This document shows, in pieces, positions 8,803-16,670 of a DNA stretch of 28,211 nt. The notes under the pieces were generated by a model, which worked only from the letters and a program-made list of their open reading frames with translations, had not been told where the DNA came from and did not search any database. Position numbers and translations under genes: made by a program. Position 1 is the stretch's first letter, and each line of letters starts with the position of its first letter. Source of the DNA: Armatimonadota bacterium (GTDB taxonomy: Bacteria > Sysuimicrobiota > Sysuimicrobiia > Sysuimicrobiales > Humicultoraceae); the NCBI GenBank assembly GCA_052386995.1, contig JBQTJP010000308.1, positions 1 to 28,211 on the forward strand, in the 5' to 3' direction.

Positions 8803-9561
8803 TCACAGCTTGTAGACGGAGAATCCCCCGTCGACAACCAGTTCCTGGCCGGTGATGTAGGCCGCCGCCGGAGACGCGAGGAAGGCGACCACGGTGGCGA
8901 CCTCGTCCGGTTCTGCCAGGCGGTGCTGCGGGATCTCCTGCAATACTTCGCGCTGCTGGATATGTCCCTTCTCGAACGCTTCACGTACCAACGGCGTGGA
9001 CACATACCCCGGCGCGATGGCAACCACCCGGATGTTGTGCGGCGCCCACTCGACGGCCAGCGATCGCGTCAGGGCCGCAACGCCTGCTTTCGAGACCGCG
9101 TAAGGCATCCGCCTGGGCCAGCCAAACCGGGAAGCCAGCGACGAGATGTTGATGATAACTCCTCCACCTTGCCGGATCATCTGCCGGCCAACGGTCTGAC
9201 AACAGTACACGGTCCCGTGCAGATTCACATTCAGCACGCGCAGGTAGTCTTCGGGCCGCAGGTCTACTGCCGCGCAATTGAACTGAATGCCGGCCGCGTT
9301 GACCAGGACATCGATGCGCTGCAGGTCTGCGAGGATGTGCTGCACCGTCGATTCAACCTGGAGCGGTTCTGTCACATCAAGGAGGTACGTCCGGGCTGCC
9401 TCCCCGCGATTGTCAATGACGTGTGCCGTCTGACGGGCAGCATCCAGATCCAGGTCCGCGACGGCGACAGCATAGCCGTTAGCTGCCAGGCGGGCCGCCA
9501 CAGCTCCACCGATTCCCCCGCCGCCGCCCGTCACCATGGCCACCGCGCGCGCGCCACTCAT
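8803..9561 (-). CDS. SDR family NAD(P)-dependent oxidoreductase
   Basis: ATG 9561 overlaps the upstream TGA. Motifs: TGGGGGIG, acidic residue after beta2 (VAD, suggesting NAD), [25 protein letters not shown]. Confidence 0.9.
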   Translation of the reverse strand: MSGARAVAMVTGGGGGIGGAVAARLAANGYAVAVADLDLDAARQTAHVIDNRGEAARTYLLDVTEPLQVESTVQHILADLQRIDVLVNAAGIQFNCAAVDLRPEDYLRVLNVNLHGTVYCCQTVGRQMIRQGGGVIINISSLASRFGWPRRMPYAVSKAGVAALTRSLAVEWAPHNIRVVAIAPGYVSTPLVREAFEKGHIQQREVLQEIPQHRLAEPDEVATVVAFLASPAAAYITGQELVVDGGFSVYKL

Positions 9562-10655
9562 GACGTCACCGTGTACCGTTCGACGGCAGTCCAGTCCAAC
9601 TGCAGCCCCAGCCCCGGGCCTTGCGGCGCGCGCAGAACACCGGAAATCGGGCGCGCGGGATCGCGAACGATGCGGTGAAAGTTGCTGATGTCGCCGACCG
9701 TGGTGACGCATTCAACGGCTTCGACGCCCGCGAGGGCCGCGGCCAGATGAACGTGGACTTCCGGAAAGTAGTGGGGAATCACTCTCAGCCCCCATGTCAC
9801 ACCCAGCGCGTGGACCTTCATCCATTCACTGATCCCGCCCACGACTGTCGCATCCGGCCGCAAGATCGCTCCGCCGGCGACAAGATCGCGGAACGCCCCC
9901 CGCTCGTGGAGCGTTTCTCCGGCCGCGATGGGTATCGCGGATTCTGCTGCCAGCGCGCGCAGGCCCGCACGGTCTTCGGCCGGCAGAGGCTCCTCGATGA
10001 AAGCCACATCCAGGTCCGACAGAGCACGAGCGTGATCGGCCGCGACCGTGTGATCGGTCCAGGCGCCGTTCACGTCGAGGGCGATCCCCACATCCGGCCC
10101 AAGCGCTCGACGCACCGCCCGCACCCGTTCGAGATCGTCGGCGAACGGGGCGGCTCCTCCCATCATCTTGACCACGCGAAACCCCTGCTCGCGAAGCAAG
10201 GCGGCCTCACGCACATCGTCTTCGGGGCGCCGGCCCGGCGTATAGTACATCCCCGCCATGAGCACCGGCACATCCGTGCGGTATCCCCCCAGCAGCCTGT
10301 GCAGGGGAAGCCCGGCGACTTGGCCTTTGATATCCCACAGGGCGATGTCGATCGCGCTGACCGCGCGCCTCGTGACCCCACGGTTGGCGGGAGGCGATCC
10401 GTTGGCGGTCATACGCTCCCATAGCCGCTCGACCTCCAGCGGATCCTCGCCTTCGAGGACCGGCCGCAGTCGACGCACCGCGCTCGCCAGATCCGCGCCG
10501 CGGGTGAAGCTCCACCCTACCCCGCGCAGTCCGGCATCGGTGTCGAGCATGACGAGAAGGTATTCGCGCTCGGCGATGCGCAGGCCGCCGCCCACGATCA
10601 CCGGAGTCTCCATCGGGATCCGCAGGGTGGCCGCCCCGACGGTCTGGATGCGCAC
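9558..10655 (-). CDS. Mandelate racemase-subgroup enolase-superfamily enzyme (probable acid dehydratase)
   Basis: GTG 10655 with [24 protein letters not shown], metal ligands DVN/EEP/GE, and the Asp-His dyad (RPDAT...IPHYFPE). The KxK motif reads KMM. Confidence 0.87.
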   Translation of the reverse strand: MRIQTVGAATLRIPMETPVIVGGGLRIAEREYLLVMLDTDAGLRGVGWSFTRGADLASAVRRLRPVLEGEDPLEVERLWERMTANGSPPANRGVTRRAVSAIDIALWDIKGQVAGLPLHRLLGGYRTDVPVLMAGMYYTPGRRPEDDVREAALLREQGFRVVKMMGGAAPFADDLERVRAVRRALGPDVGIALDVNGAWTDHTVAADHARALSDLDVAFIEEPLPAEDRAGLRALAAESAIPIAAGETLHERGAFRDLVAGGAILRPDATVVGGISEWMKVHALGVTWGLRVIPHYFPEVHVHLAAALAGVEAVECVTTVGDISNFHRIVRDPARPISGVLRAPQGPGLGLQLDWTAVERYTVTS

Positions 10656-10674
10656 CGCGCGTCTCCTGTGCGTG

Positions 10675-11559
10675 TCAGTGTGCGATGCCGAGCAGCGAAA
10701 GGCTGTCGCGGTGAATGATCGCCTCGAGCGCGTCCTGCGGCACCTGGGGTAAACCGCTGACCGCCACGAGCTGATTGACCTTGCGGAGATGGTCGATGGT
10801 CTCCGCCGGCGTCGTGATTGGGAAGTCCGAGCCGAGCAGGAGCTTGTGCAGCACGTTCCATTCGGTGGCCAGACGCATCGCGTGATAGTACGACCAGGGC
10901 CGGTAGAACAGCGCGGAGACGTCCGCATAGACATGCGGGTGCTTGCGGATGACCGTGATCGTGTCCGCCTGCCAGGGATGCCCCATGTGTGCCATCACAA
11001 TCCGCACCTCGGGGAATGCCGTGGCGATCTCATCCATCAGGAGGGGGTGGGCGTAGCGGATGGGAGCATCCCGGATGGGCGACGTGCCCTGATGGAACAG
11101 CATCGGCAACCCGAGCGCCTGGGCGCGAGCGTAGATGCTGCGCGCCTCCGGACACAGCGGATCGAAGTTTTGATAGTTGGGCCCGAGCTTGATCCCGCGC
11201 AGCCCAAGATGGTGCACGCCGCGTTCGATCTCGTCGAGCGCCTTAGGGGCCAGGGGATGGACGGAGAGAAACCCGATGAGCTTATCGGGCTGACTGCGCA
11301 CGAACTCCGCGGTGAGATCATTGACATTGGCCGTAGGGTCTGACGCCAGTCCCGTTGCGGCGAACGGCGTCTGATTCGGACCGGGAGCAATCAGGAAGAC
11401 GATCGCGCGATCCACCGGGGCCATCGCGTCGAGGAAGTCCGACCACGTGCAGGTCGCGCGGACGGGTCGGTCGGGCCGCCACATCGTATTGACGACGTCC
11501 TCGTCCGGCGGCACCGCCGTCCGGTGCGTCGGCGTATGCGTATGGACGTCGATGATCAC
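10675..11559 (-). CDS. Amidohydrolase_2 family metal-dependent hydrolase (lactonase/decarboxylase-like)
   Basis: IIDVHTH, GLRGIKL, FHQG, AHMGHP, YADVSA, LLGSDFP. Confidence 0.88.
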   Translation of the reverse strand: MIIDVHTHTPTHRTAVPPDEDVVNTMWRPDRPVRATCTWSDFLDAMAPVDRAIVFLIAPGPNQTPFAATGLASDPTANVNDLTAEFVRSQPDKLIGFLSVHPLAPKALDEIERGVHHLGLRGIKLGPNYQNFDPLCPEARSIYARAQALGLPMLFHQGTSPIRDAPIRYAHPLLMDEIATAFPEVRIVMAHMGHPWQADTITVIRKHPHVYADVSALFYRPWSYYHAMRLATEWNVLHKLLLGSDFPITTPAETIDHLRKVNQLVAVSGLPQVPQDALEAIIHRDSLSLLGIAH

Positions 11560-11591
11560 GATACGACCACGGTACCGAGTGGTTCAGTGAC

Positions 11592-11617
11592 AAGGCGATG
11601 CGTTCCTCTCTACCGAA
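11592..11617 (+). promoter_or_regulatory. Putative sigma-H-like promoter (AAGG-N18-CGAA) for the creatininase-MLE operon
   Basis: AAGG cgatgcgttcctctctac CGAA lies in the divergent intergenic region. Confidence 0.55.
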
Positions 11618-11666
11618 CTGTGCTCCCCGGGTTGGTCGGAAAGTCCCGTTGCCGGAGGGGTTGCCG

Positions 11667-12437
11667 ATGAGTACGCGGTTGTTACTCCAAGAGTTGACGC
11701 GTGAGGAGGCACGCACCGCCGCGCCCGAGGCGCTTGCGGTGTTCCCTGTGGGAGCCACTGAGCAGCACGGGCCGCACCTCCCGGTGTACACTGATTCCTT
11801 CACCGTGGAGCACATTGCGCGCGCGGCAGCGGCGGAGGCGGCCACACAGATCCCCGTGCTGGTCACGCCGACGATGCCCTTTGGCTCATCGCACCATCAC
11901 CTGCCGTTCGGCGGCACGATGTCGCTGGATACCGAAACCTACTTTCGCGTGATCTACGATCTCGCCGAGTCGCTCATCACCGGGGGATTTCGAAGGATAT
12001 TTATCTTGAACGGCCATGGCGGCAATCACGAGTTGATCCAGCTCGTCGCGCGCGACCTGGCGCTCCATCATCCCGCAAATGTGGCTGCGGCCTCTTACTG
12101 GACGGTCGCATGGGACGCCCTGATCGAGGTGCAGGCGCACGCCTTCGGCCGGTTCCCAGGCCATGCCGGCGTCTACGAGACGTCGCACATGCTCGCGCTG
12201 CGTCCGGATCTGGTCCGCACGCCGCTGCCTCACCGCGACGTGGCCGGGGGGACCGACCCGCGCGCCCTCATGCGGCCGTACCGCGGTGAGGTGCACGGAT
12301 TTTGGCAGGGCATCAACGGCTTCACCGACAGCCCGGATCGCGCCGATGCCGACCGGGGCCGCACGTATCTGGCCGCGGCCGCGGGCGCCGTCGCGAAGGC
12401 TTTCGTGGAGTTCTACCAGGTGGGACTGACGCGATGA
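11667..12437 (+). CDS. Creatininase/MftE family amidohydrolase
   Basis: ATG 11667 with RBS GGAGG. Motifs: PVGATEQHGPHLPVYTD, GSSHHH, NGHGGN, GHAGVYETS. Confidence 0.9.
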   Translation: MSTRLLLQELTREEARTAAPEALAVFPVGATEQHGPHLPVYTDSFTVEHIARAAAAEAATQIPVLVTPTMPFGSSHHHLPFGGTMSLDTETYFRVIYDLAESLITGGFRRIFILNGHGGNHELIQLVARDLALHHPANVAAASYWTVAWDALIEVQAHAFGRFPGHAGVYETSHMLALRPDLVRTPLPHRDVAGGTDPRALMRPYRGEVHGFWQGINGFTDSPDRADADRGRTYLAAAAGAVAKAFVEFYQVGLTR

Positions 12438-13552
12438 AGATCACGCGGATCGAGACCATCCCCGTCCAGGTCCCGATCAATCCCCAGCGTGCGATCAAGG
12501 GAGGCCGGGGAGCGCACACGACATCGCCGTTCCTGCTGGTGAAAGTGCATACCGATGCCGGGATCATGGGTCTGGGCGAAGTCTCGTGCACGCCCGGCTG
12601 GAGCGGCGAAGATCAGGTCACCGCACATCACTTCATCACCAATTTCCTCGCGCCGCTGGTGATCGGTGAAGACCCTCGCGAAATCGAGCGGCTCACGCTC
12701 AAACTGCAGCGCGGCGTCGCGGAGAATCCGTTCACCAGATCGGCGCTGGAGATGGCGCTGTGGGATATCCTCGGCAAGTCGGCGGGCCTGCCGGTCTACC
12801 GGCTGCTGGGTGGGCCGGTGAGGTCGTTCGTGCCGACGAAGTTTTCGGTCTCTGGACAGAAACCGCCGGTGGCCGCCGAGATCGCGGCCTGGGCCGTGGC
12901 TCAGGGATTCCGCGCGATGAAGGTCAAGGTGGGTGTGGAGCCCGAGGAAGATGTCGCGCGCGTGCGTGCGGTGCGGGAGGCCGTGGGTCCCGATGTGCGC
13001 CTGGGTGTCGACGCCAACGGCGGCTGGTCGCCGCGCGTGGCAATTCAGACCATACGGCGCCTCGTCGAGTTCAACATCTATTTTGCCGAGCAGCCCGTCC
13101 CGGCGCTCGATGTCGCCTGGATGGCCGACGTGCGCGCAAATGTGCCGGTGCCGGTGATGGCCGACGAGAGCGTGTACACTTTACAGGATGCGATGGCGGT
13201 GGTCCGGGCGGGCGCCGCGGACATCCTCTCCGTGTACGTCGGCAAAGGCGGAGGCATCGGCCCGGCACGCAAAATCGCCGCGGTCGCCGAAGCCGCGGGC
13301 CTGACGTGCACGGTCGGGAGCAATCTGGAGCTCGGCGTCGCCAGCGCCGCGATGATCCATCTCGCTATGGCCACACCGGGGATCGGTGCCGAAGAGTTTC
13401 CCTGCGACATCCTGGGGCCGTTCTTCTATGAAGGCGATCTGCTCGCAGAACCCCTGCCGATCAAGGGCGGCGAGGCACGACCTTTGGAGAAGCCGGGCCT
13501 GGGAGTTGAGCTAAACGAAGAGATGATCGAGCGCTACAGGGTGCATTCCTGA
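12434..13552 (+). CDS. Muconate-lactonizing-enzyme (MLE)-subgroup enolase-superfamily protein (paralog A)
   Basis: ATGA overlap with the creatininase gene. Motifs: KVK, DAN, EQP, DES, GSNLE, CDILGP, PGLGVEL. Confidence 0.9.
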   Translation: MKITRIETIPVQVPINPQRAIKGGRGAHTTSPFLLVKVHTDAGIMGLGEVSCTPGWSGEDQVTAHHFITNFLAPLVIGEDPREIERLTLKLQRGVAENPFTRSALEMALWDILGKSAGLPVYRLLGGPVRSFVPTKFSVSGQKPPVAAEIAAWAVAQGFRAMKVKVGVEPEEDVARVRAVREAVGPDVRLGVDANGGWSPRVAIQTIRRLVEFNIYFAEQPVPALDVAWMADVRANVPVPVMADESVYTLQDAMAVVRAGAADILSVYVGKGGGIGPARKIAAVAEAAGLTCTVGSNLELGVASAAMIHLAMATPGIGAEEFPCDILGPFFYEGDLLAEPLPIKGGEARPLEKPGLGVELNEEMIERYRVHS

Positions 13553-13562
13553 CTGGGTGAAG

Positions 13563-14108
13563 TTAGTGACCTTCGGGGACTGGGAACCAGTCCTTTAGCC
13601 TTCGTGGAGCACCAATCGGCTCGGGGCGTTGGGCGAGATCAAGAAACAAGGCGATCTCTTCACCGCTGACAAGAGCAGCTGAGCGACACCAGATACCCGG
13701 CCAACGCTCTCTATGCAAACGCAGACCAACCGGCTGTGTCTGTGTATGTCCAGTGCCTTCGGGATAACTCGGCGGGAAACCAAGTCCTTCTATTCCATCA
13801 GATGTACGGACATCGACTAGGTTCGGTTGATCAATTTGGAGTTCATACAGGTCAGCTTGATACTCTTCGGAGATCTCCCATGGCTCGACGGCTTCGCCTT
13901 CGAACCTGTGCCAAAGATTAGCCACTGCCACTTTAATTGAGCAGGACGTGTAAAGAACGGGGAAGGAGTTTGGAGGATTCCACCGGCCGCCGAATCTCAT
14001 CGCGAAAGAACCGTCCAAAGGATCCATCGCCCTGTGCGGTACGTAGCGATAGACGAAACCGGCGTAGGCAGGACAGGCTCGAGGCGCCCATTTATGCTGT
14101 TGTGGCAT
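13563..14108 (-). CDS. RES-domain toxin (NAD+-consuming/ADP-ribosyltransferase-like)
   Basis: VYR, GGRWNPP..FPVLYTS, TQPVG, GIWCRSA. Overlaps the 3' end of an upstream HTH gene by 17 nt. Visibly more AT-rich than the flanks. Confidence 0.85.
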   Translation of the reverse strand: MPQQHKWAPRACPAYAGFVYRYVPHRAMDPLDGSFAMRFGGRWNPPNSFPVLYTSCSIKVAVANLWHRFEGEAVEPWEISEEYQADLYELQIDQPNLVDVRTSDGIEGLGFPPSYPEGTGHTQTQPVGLRLHRERWPGIWCRSAALVSGEEIALFLDLAQRPEPIGAPRRLKDWFPVPEGH

Positions 14109-14928
14109 AGGTCGTCAGATTCTCTAGGTATTGGACAATACTCTCTCCCTCTCTACTGAAAAGCAACTCCAGTGGCCTTCGTCCGTCCAGCCCCCTTGCG
14201 GGTCTCCTTAATACGGCAGGGAGAAGGCCGGGCCTAACGTACGTCTCAAGCTGGTTAAGTAACGCTACGTTGAGGTCAATCACCCCACGGACATCGGGCG
14301 AAATGCCTCCACCGCGAACCCACTTGCGGATAGATTCTGCCGTCACGTCCAGGAGTCGCGCTAGTTCGTGCTGGTTCAGCCCGAATCCAGCCCGCAGACG
14401 CTCCAGCTTCGACAAATAAACATCCTGATTGGATTCCTGGAATAGGTCTTGCAGGATTCGGACGTAAATGTAGTTCACGAGTTCCGGCCGAATCTTTGGC
14501 CTCTTCCAATCCACTTTCTTAGATGGCGGGGAGAGTTTCTCAATTGCTTCTCCCGAAAGGTGGTCGAAATCCATGGCCAGTTCAGTGACCTCTATGAGCC
14601 CATGGGCAAGCGCGTTGCGTGCGCGATGAGCGACCTCCAGGGCCACTAAGCTGCGAGCGTCATCTTCAAAGTCGGTCCAACGTGAGAAAATGGAAGTGAT
14701 AACGGCTTCGTGCAGGTACAGGACGAGATACTGCTTCATATGCTCTGCTACATAACGATCGAGTTCGTTTAAGGCGGAATGTACGACGTGCAAGCCTACT
14801 TGTGCAAACGTCTGGGCCGCACCTGGGCTTCTTCCCTCGTAGAGGTTTCGACAAGACAGAGTCTGGGAATGCTGACGGCGGCCCCAGGCCTTAACCTCGG
14901 CTATGCTTCCTGTTAGGAGCAGGCTCAT
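14092..14928 (-). CDS. Xre/MbcA/ParS-type antitoxin with HTH and a long N-terminal extension (start uncertain)
   Basis: HTH-like LERLRAGFGLNQHELARLLDVTAESIRKWVRGG. C-terminal LRRPARGLDGRRPLELL resembles the MbcA/ParS toxin-binding domain. Lies directly upstream of the RES gene. Confidence 0.8.
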   Translation of the reverse strand: MSLLLTGSIAEVKAWGRRQHSQTLSCRNLYEGRSPGAAQTFAQVGLHVVHSALNELDRYVAEHMKQYLVLYLHEAVITSIFSRWTDFEDDARSLVALEVAHRARNALAHGLIEVTELAMDFDHLSGEAIEKLSPPSKKVDWKRPKIRPELVNYIYVRILQDLFQESNQDVYLSKLERLRAGFGLNQHELARLLDVTAESIRKWVRGGGISPDVRGVIDLNVALLNQLETYVRPGLLPAVLRRPARGLDGRRPLELLFSREGESIVQYLENLTTYATTA

Positions 14929-14941
14929 CTCTTTGCTTATA

Positions 14942-14981
14942 CTAACTGCTACTCAACTGATTGTAAACCAGGGCTCAACTG
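14942..14981. repeat. Phased direct repeats upstream of the antitoxin (candidate autoregulatory operator)
   Basis: AACTG at 14944, 14955 and 14977, and degenerate AACCA at 14966, giving an exact 11-bp period. Two copies extend to CTCAACTG. Confidence 0.5.
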
Positions 14982-15035
14982 GACGGTTTCGACGGGTCTG
15001 CCTTCAGGGCTCCCCCATGGCCACAATCAAAGTAG

Positions 15036-15506
15036 TCAGGACTCGACGCGCTCGATGCGGAGCGGGTGCGGTCCTTCGGTGCGCACTCGCCGGCAGGCCT
15101 GCGCGAACTCTTTCCAGTCGTACTTCCAGTCACCGGGAATGCGTGCGAACAGGCTGCAGTGCGTGGGGACGCCTTCCCATCCACGCAACACGACGCCCCG
15201 CCCGTACACCACGCAGATTTCCCCGGCCGGCTTCGGGTTGGTGACGCCGCCGCCTGGGTCGAAGAAATAGAAGATCTCGCCCGGCAGCGGAATCTGCGTC
15301 ATGTTCTCGGCCGGTGCGTCCAGGGGATCGATGAGCACGAAAATCTCCGCCCCCGAGAACTGCCCGTGGAGCGGCTTGCGTTCCACCGGCAGCGCGCCCC
15401 AGACTTTCCGGCACACGTCGGGCGCTTCGTCCTCGAGCATCTCGGCCACGACGGACTCACCGCTGGCCGGAAACGTTAGGCGGATCTGTCGGCGCGCAGA
15501 GGGCAT
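15036..15506 (-). CDS. DUF3830-like (cyclophilin-like fold) protein
   Basis: ATG 15506 with RBS GAGGAGG. MLEDEAPDVC..VWGALP, HGQFSGAEIF, ENMTQIPLPGEIFYF, EICVVYGRG. Confidence 0.75.
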   Translation of the reverse strand: MPSARRQIRLTFPASGESVVAEMLEDEAPDVCRKVWGALPVERKPLHGQFSGAEIFVLIDPLDAPAENMTQIPLPGEIFYFFDPGGGVTNPKPAGEICVVYGRGVVLRGWEGVPTHCSLFARIPGDWKYDWKEFAQACRRVRTEGPHPLRIERVES

Positions 15507-15526
15507 CGTTGGTCCTCCTCGATATA

Positions 15527-16645
15527 CTACTCGTCGACCTGCCAGGCACGTACGGTATCTGAGTCGAGCGCAACGCCAAGCCCGGGGCCCTCGGGCGGAT
15601 AGAGCATTCCCCGCTCGATGCGCGGTGAAGGAGAGGCGATGTCGCGCGCGTAGCGCAGGGGGCCAAAGGTTTCGCAGGCGTAGGGCAGGTCCGGCACTGC
15701 GACGCCCAGGTGCGCCGCCGCCGCGGTGCCCACTCCCAGCTCGGCCTGGCTGCCGATGATGCACGGGATGTCGAGCGCCCCGGCAAAGGCGAAGATCTCC
15801 GCCGCGGCTCTGAGCCCCCCGGCCTCGACGATGTACACGTTGAACACGTCCGCCGCATCCGCGCGCGCCACCGCGTAGGCGTCGCGCAGCGTTTGCACGC
15901 TTTCGTCGGCCATGATCGAGACGCCCGTCTGCTGCCGCAGCAGCCGCAATCCGTCGAGATTGTCGCGTCCCAGCGGCTGCTCGATCCACGCGATCTTCGC
16001 CTGGGCGGCCAGCGCACGGATGGCGGCCGCGGCTTCGGGGACGGTTCGCCACGCCATATTGGCGTCCAGCCTCAGGGGCACATCGGATCCCACGGCTTTC
16101 GCCACCGCCCGCACGGCGTCGACATCGTCGGTGAGCGCCCGGCCGACTTTCAGTTTGATCGCCCGAAACCCCGCGGCGATCCCCGCCGCCGCGTCGTCGG
16201 CCATCTCCCGCGAGGACTTCTGATAGATCCCCCAGGCCAGCGGCACCGCATCGCGCGCGCGCCCTCCCAACAATTGATAGACAGGTACGCCGAAGTGCCG
16301 CCCCGCGAGATCGAGCAGCGCCATCTCGAACGCCGCACGAATGTACGGCGCGCTCAGCTCGGCGGCGAGCACTTCGTCGATGGCACGCAACGCCTGCGGC
16401 AGCGCCAGCGGATCCAGGCCGACCAGGCGTGGGGCCACGAGCCTGCGCGCGGCGTGGCAGAGCGTGAAGCCGATGCGCGGGTAGGTAATCGAAATCTCGC
16501 CCAGGCCCGACAGGCCCGCATCGGTCTCGATTCGCACAAGGCCGAACTCCGAGGCGCTGACCGGACCGGTTGCGGTTGTGCCCGAGCGGACGACCTCCTT
16601 GCGGGGAGCCCTGATGGGGATGACTTCGACGCGCGAGATCTTCAC
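15527..16645 (-). CDS. MLE-subgroup enolase-superfamily protein (paralog B)
   Basis: GTG start MKISRVEVIP. Motifs: KLK, DAN, EQP, DES, GSQAE, CETFGP, PGLGVAL. Confidence 0.9.
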   Translation of the reverse strand: MKISRVEVIPIRAPRKEVVRSGTTATGPVSASEFGLVRIETDAGLSGLGEISITYPRIGFTLCHAARRLVAPRLVGLDPLALPQALRAIDEVLAAELSAPYIRAAFEMALLDLAGRHFGVPVYQLLGGRARDAVPLAWGIYQKSSREMADDAAAGIAAGFRAIKLKVGRALTDDVDAVRAVAKAVGSDVPLRLDANMAWRTVPEAAAAIRALAAQAKIAWIEQPLGRDNLDGLRLLRQQTGVSIMADESVQTLRDAYAVARADAADVFNVYIVEAGGLRAAAEIFAFAGALDIPCIIGSQAELGVGTAAAAHLGVAVPDLPYACETFGPLRYARDIASPSPRIERGMLYPPEGPGLGVALDSDTVRAWQVDE

Positions 16646-16670
16646 ACAAGGCCTCGCGCGTGCGCACTCT

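Noticed and set aside
11667..12437. Mycofactocin (mftE) or other RiPP cluster
   Set aside because: No precursor peptide, radical SAM or RRE gene in the window. The creatininase fold alone is not diagnostic.
13547..15041. 8-bp inverted repeat TCCTGACT / AGTCAGGA flanking the TA cassette as possible element ends
   Set aside because: Six of the eight bases are explained by both flanking genes ending in Ser(TCC)-TGA. It is too short, and there is no transposase or target duplication.
15507..16667. Apparent 543-aa protein (15036-16667)
   Set aside because: Only the last 156 codons are protein-like and have a strong RBS. The rest is an off-frame overlay of MLE paralog B, not a fusion.
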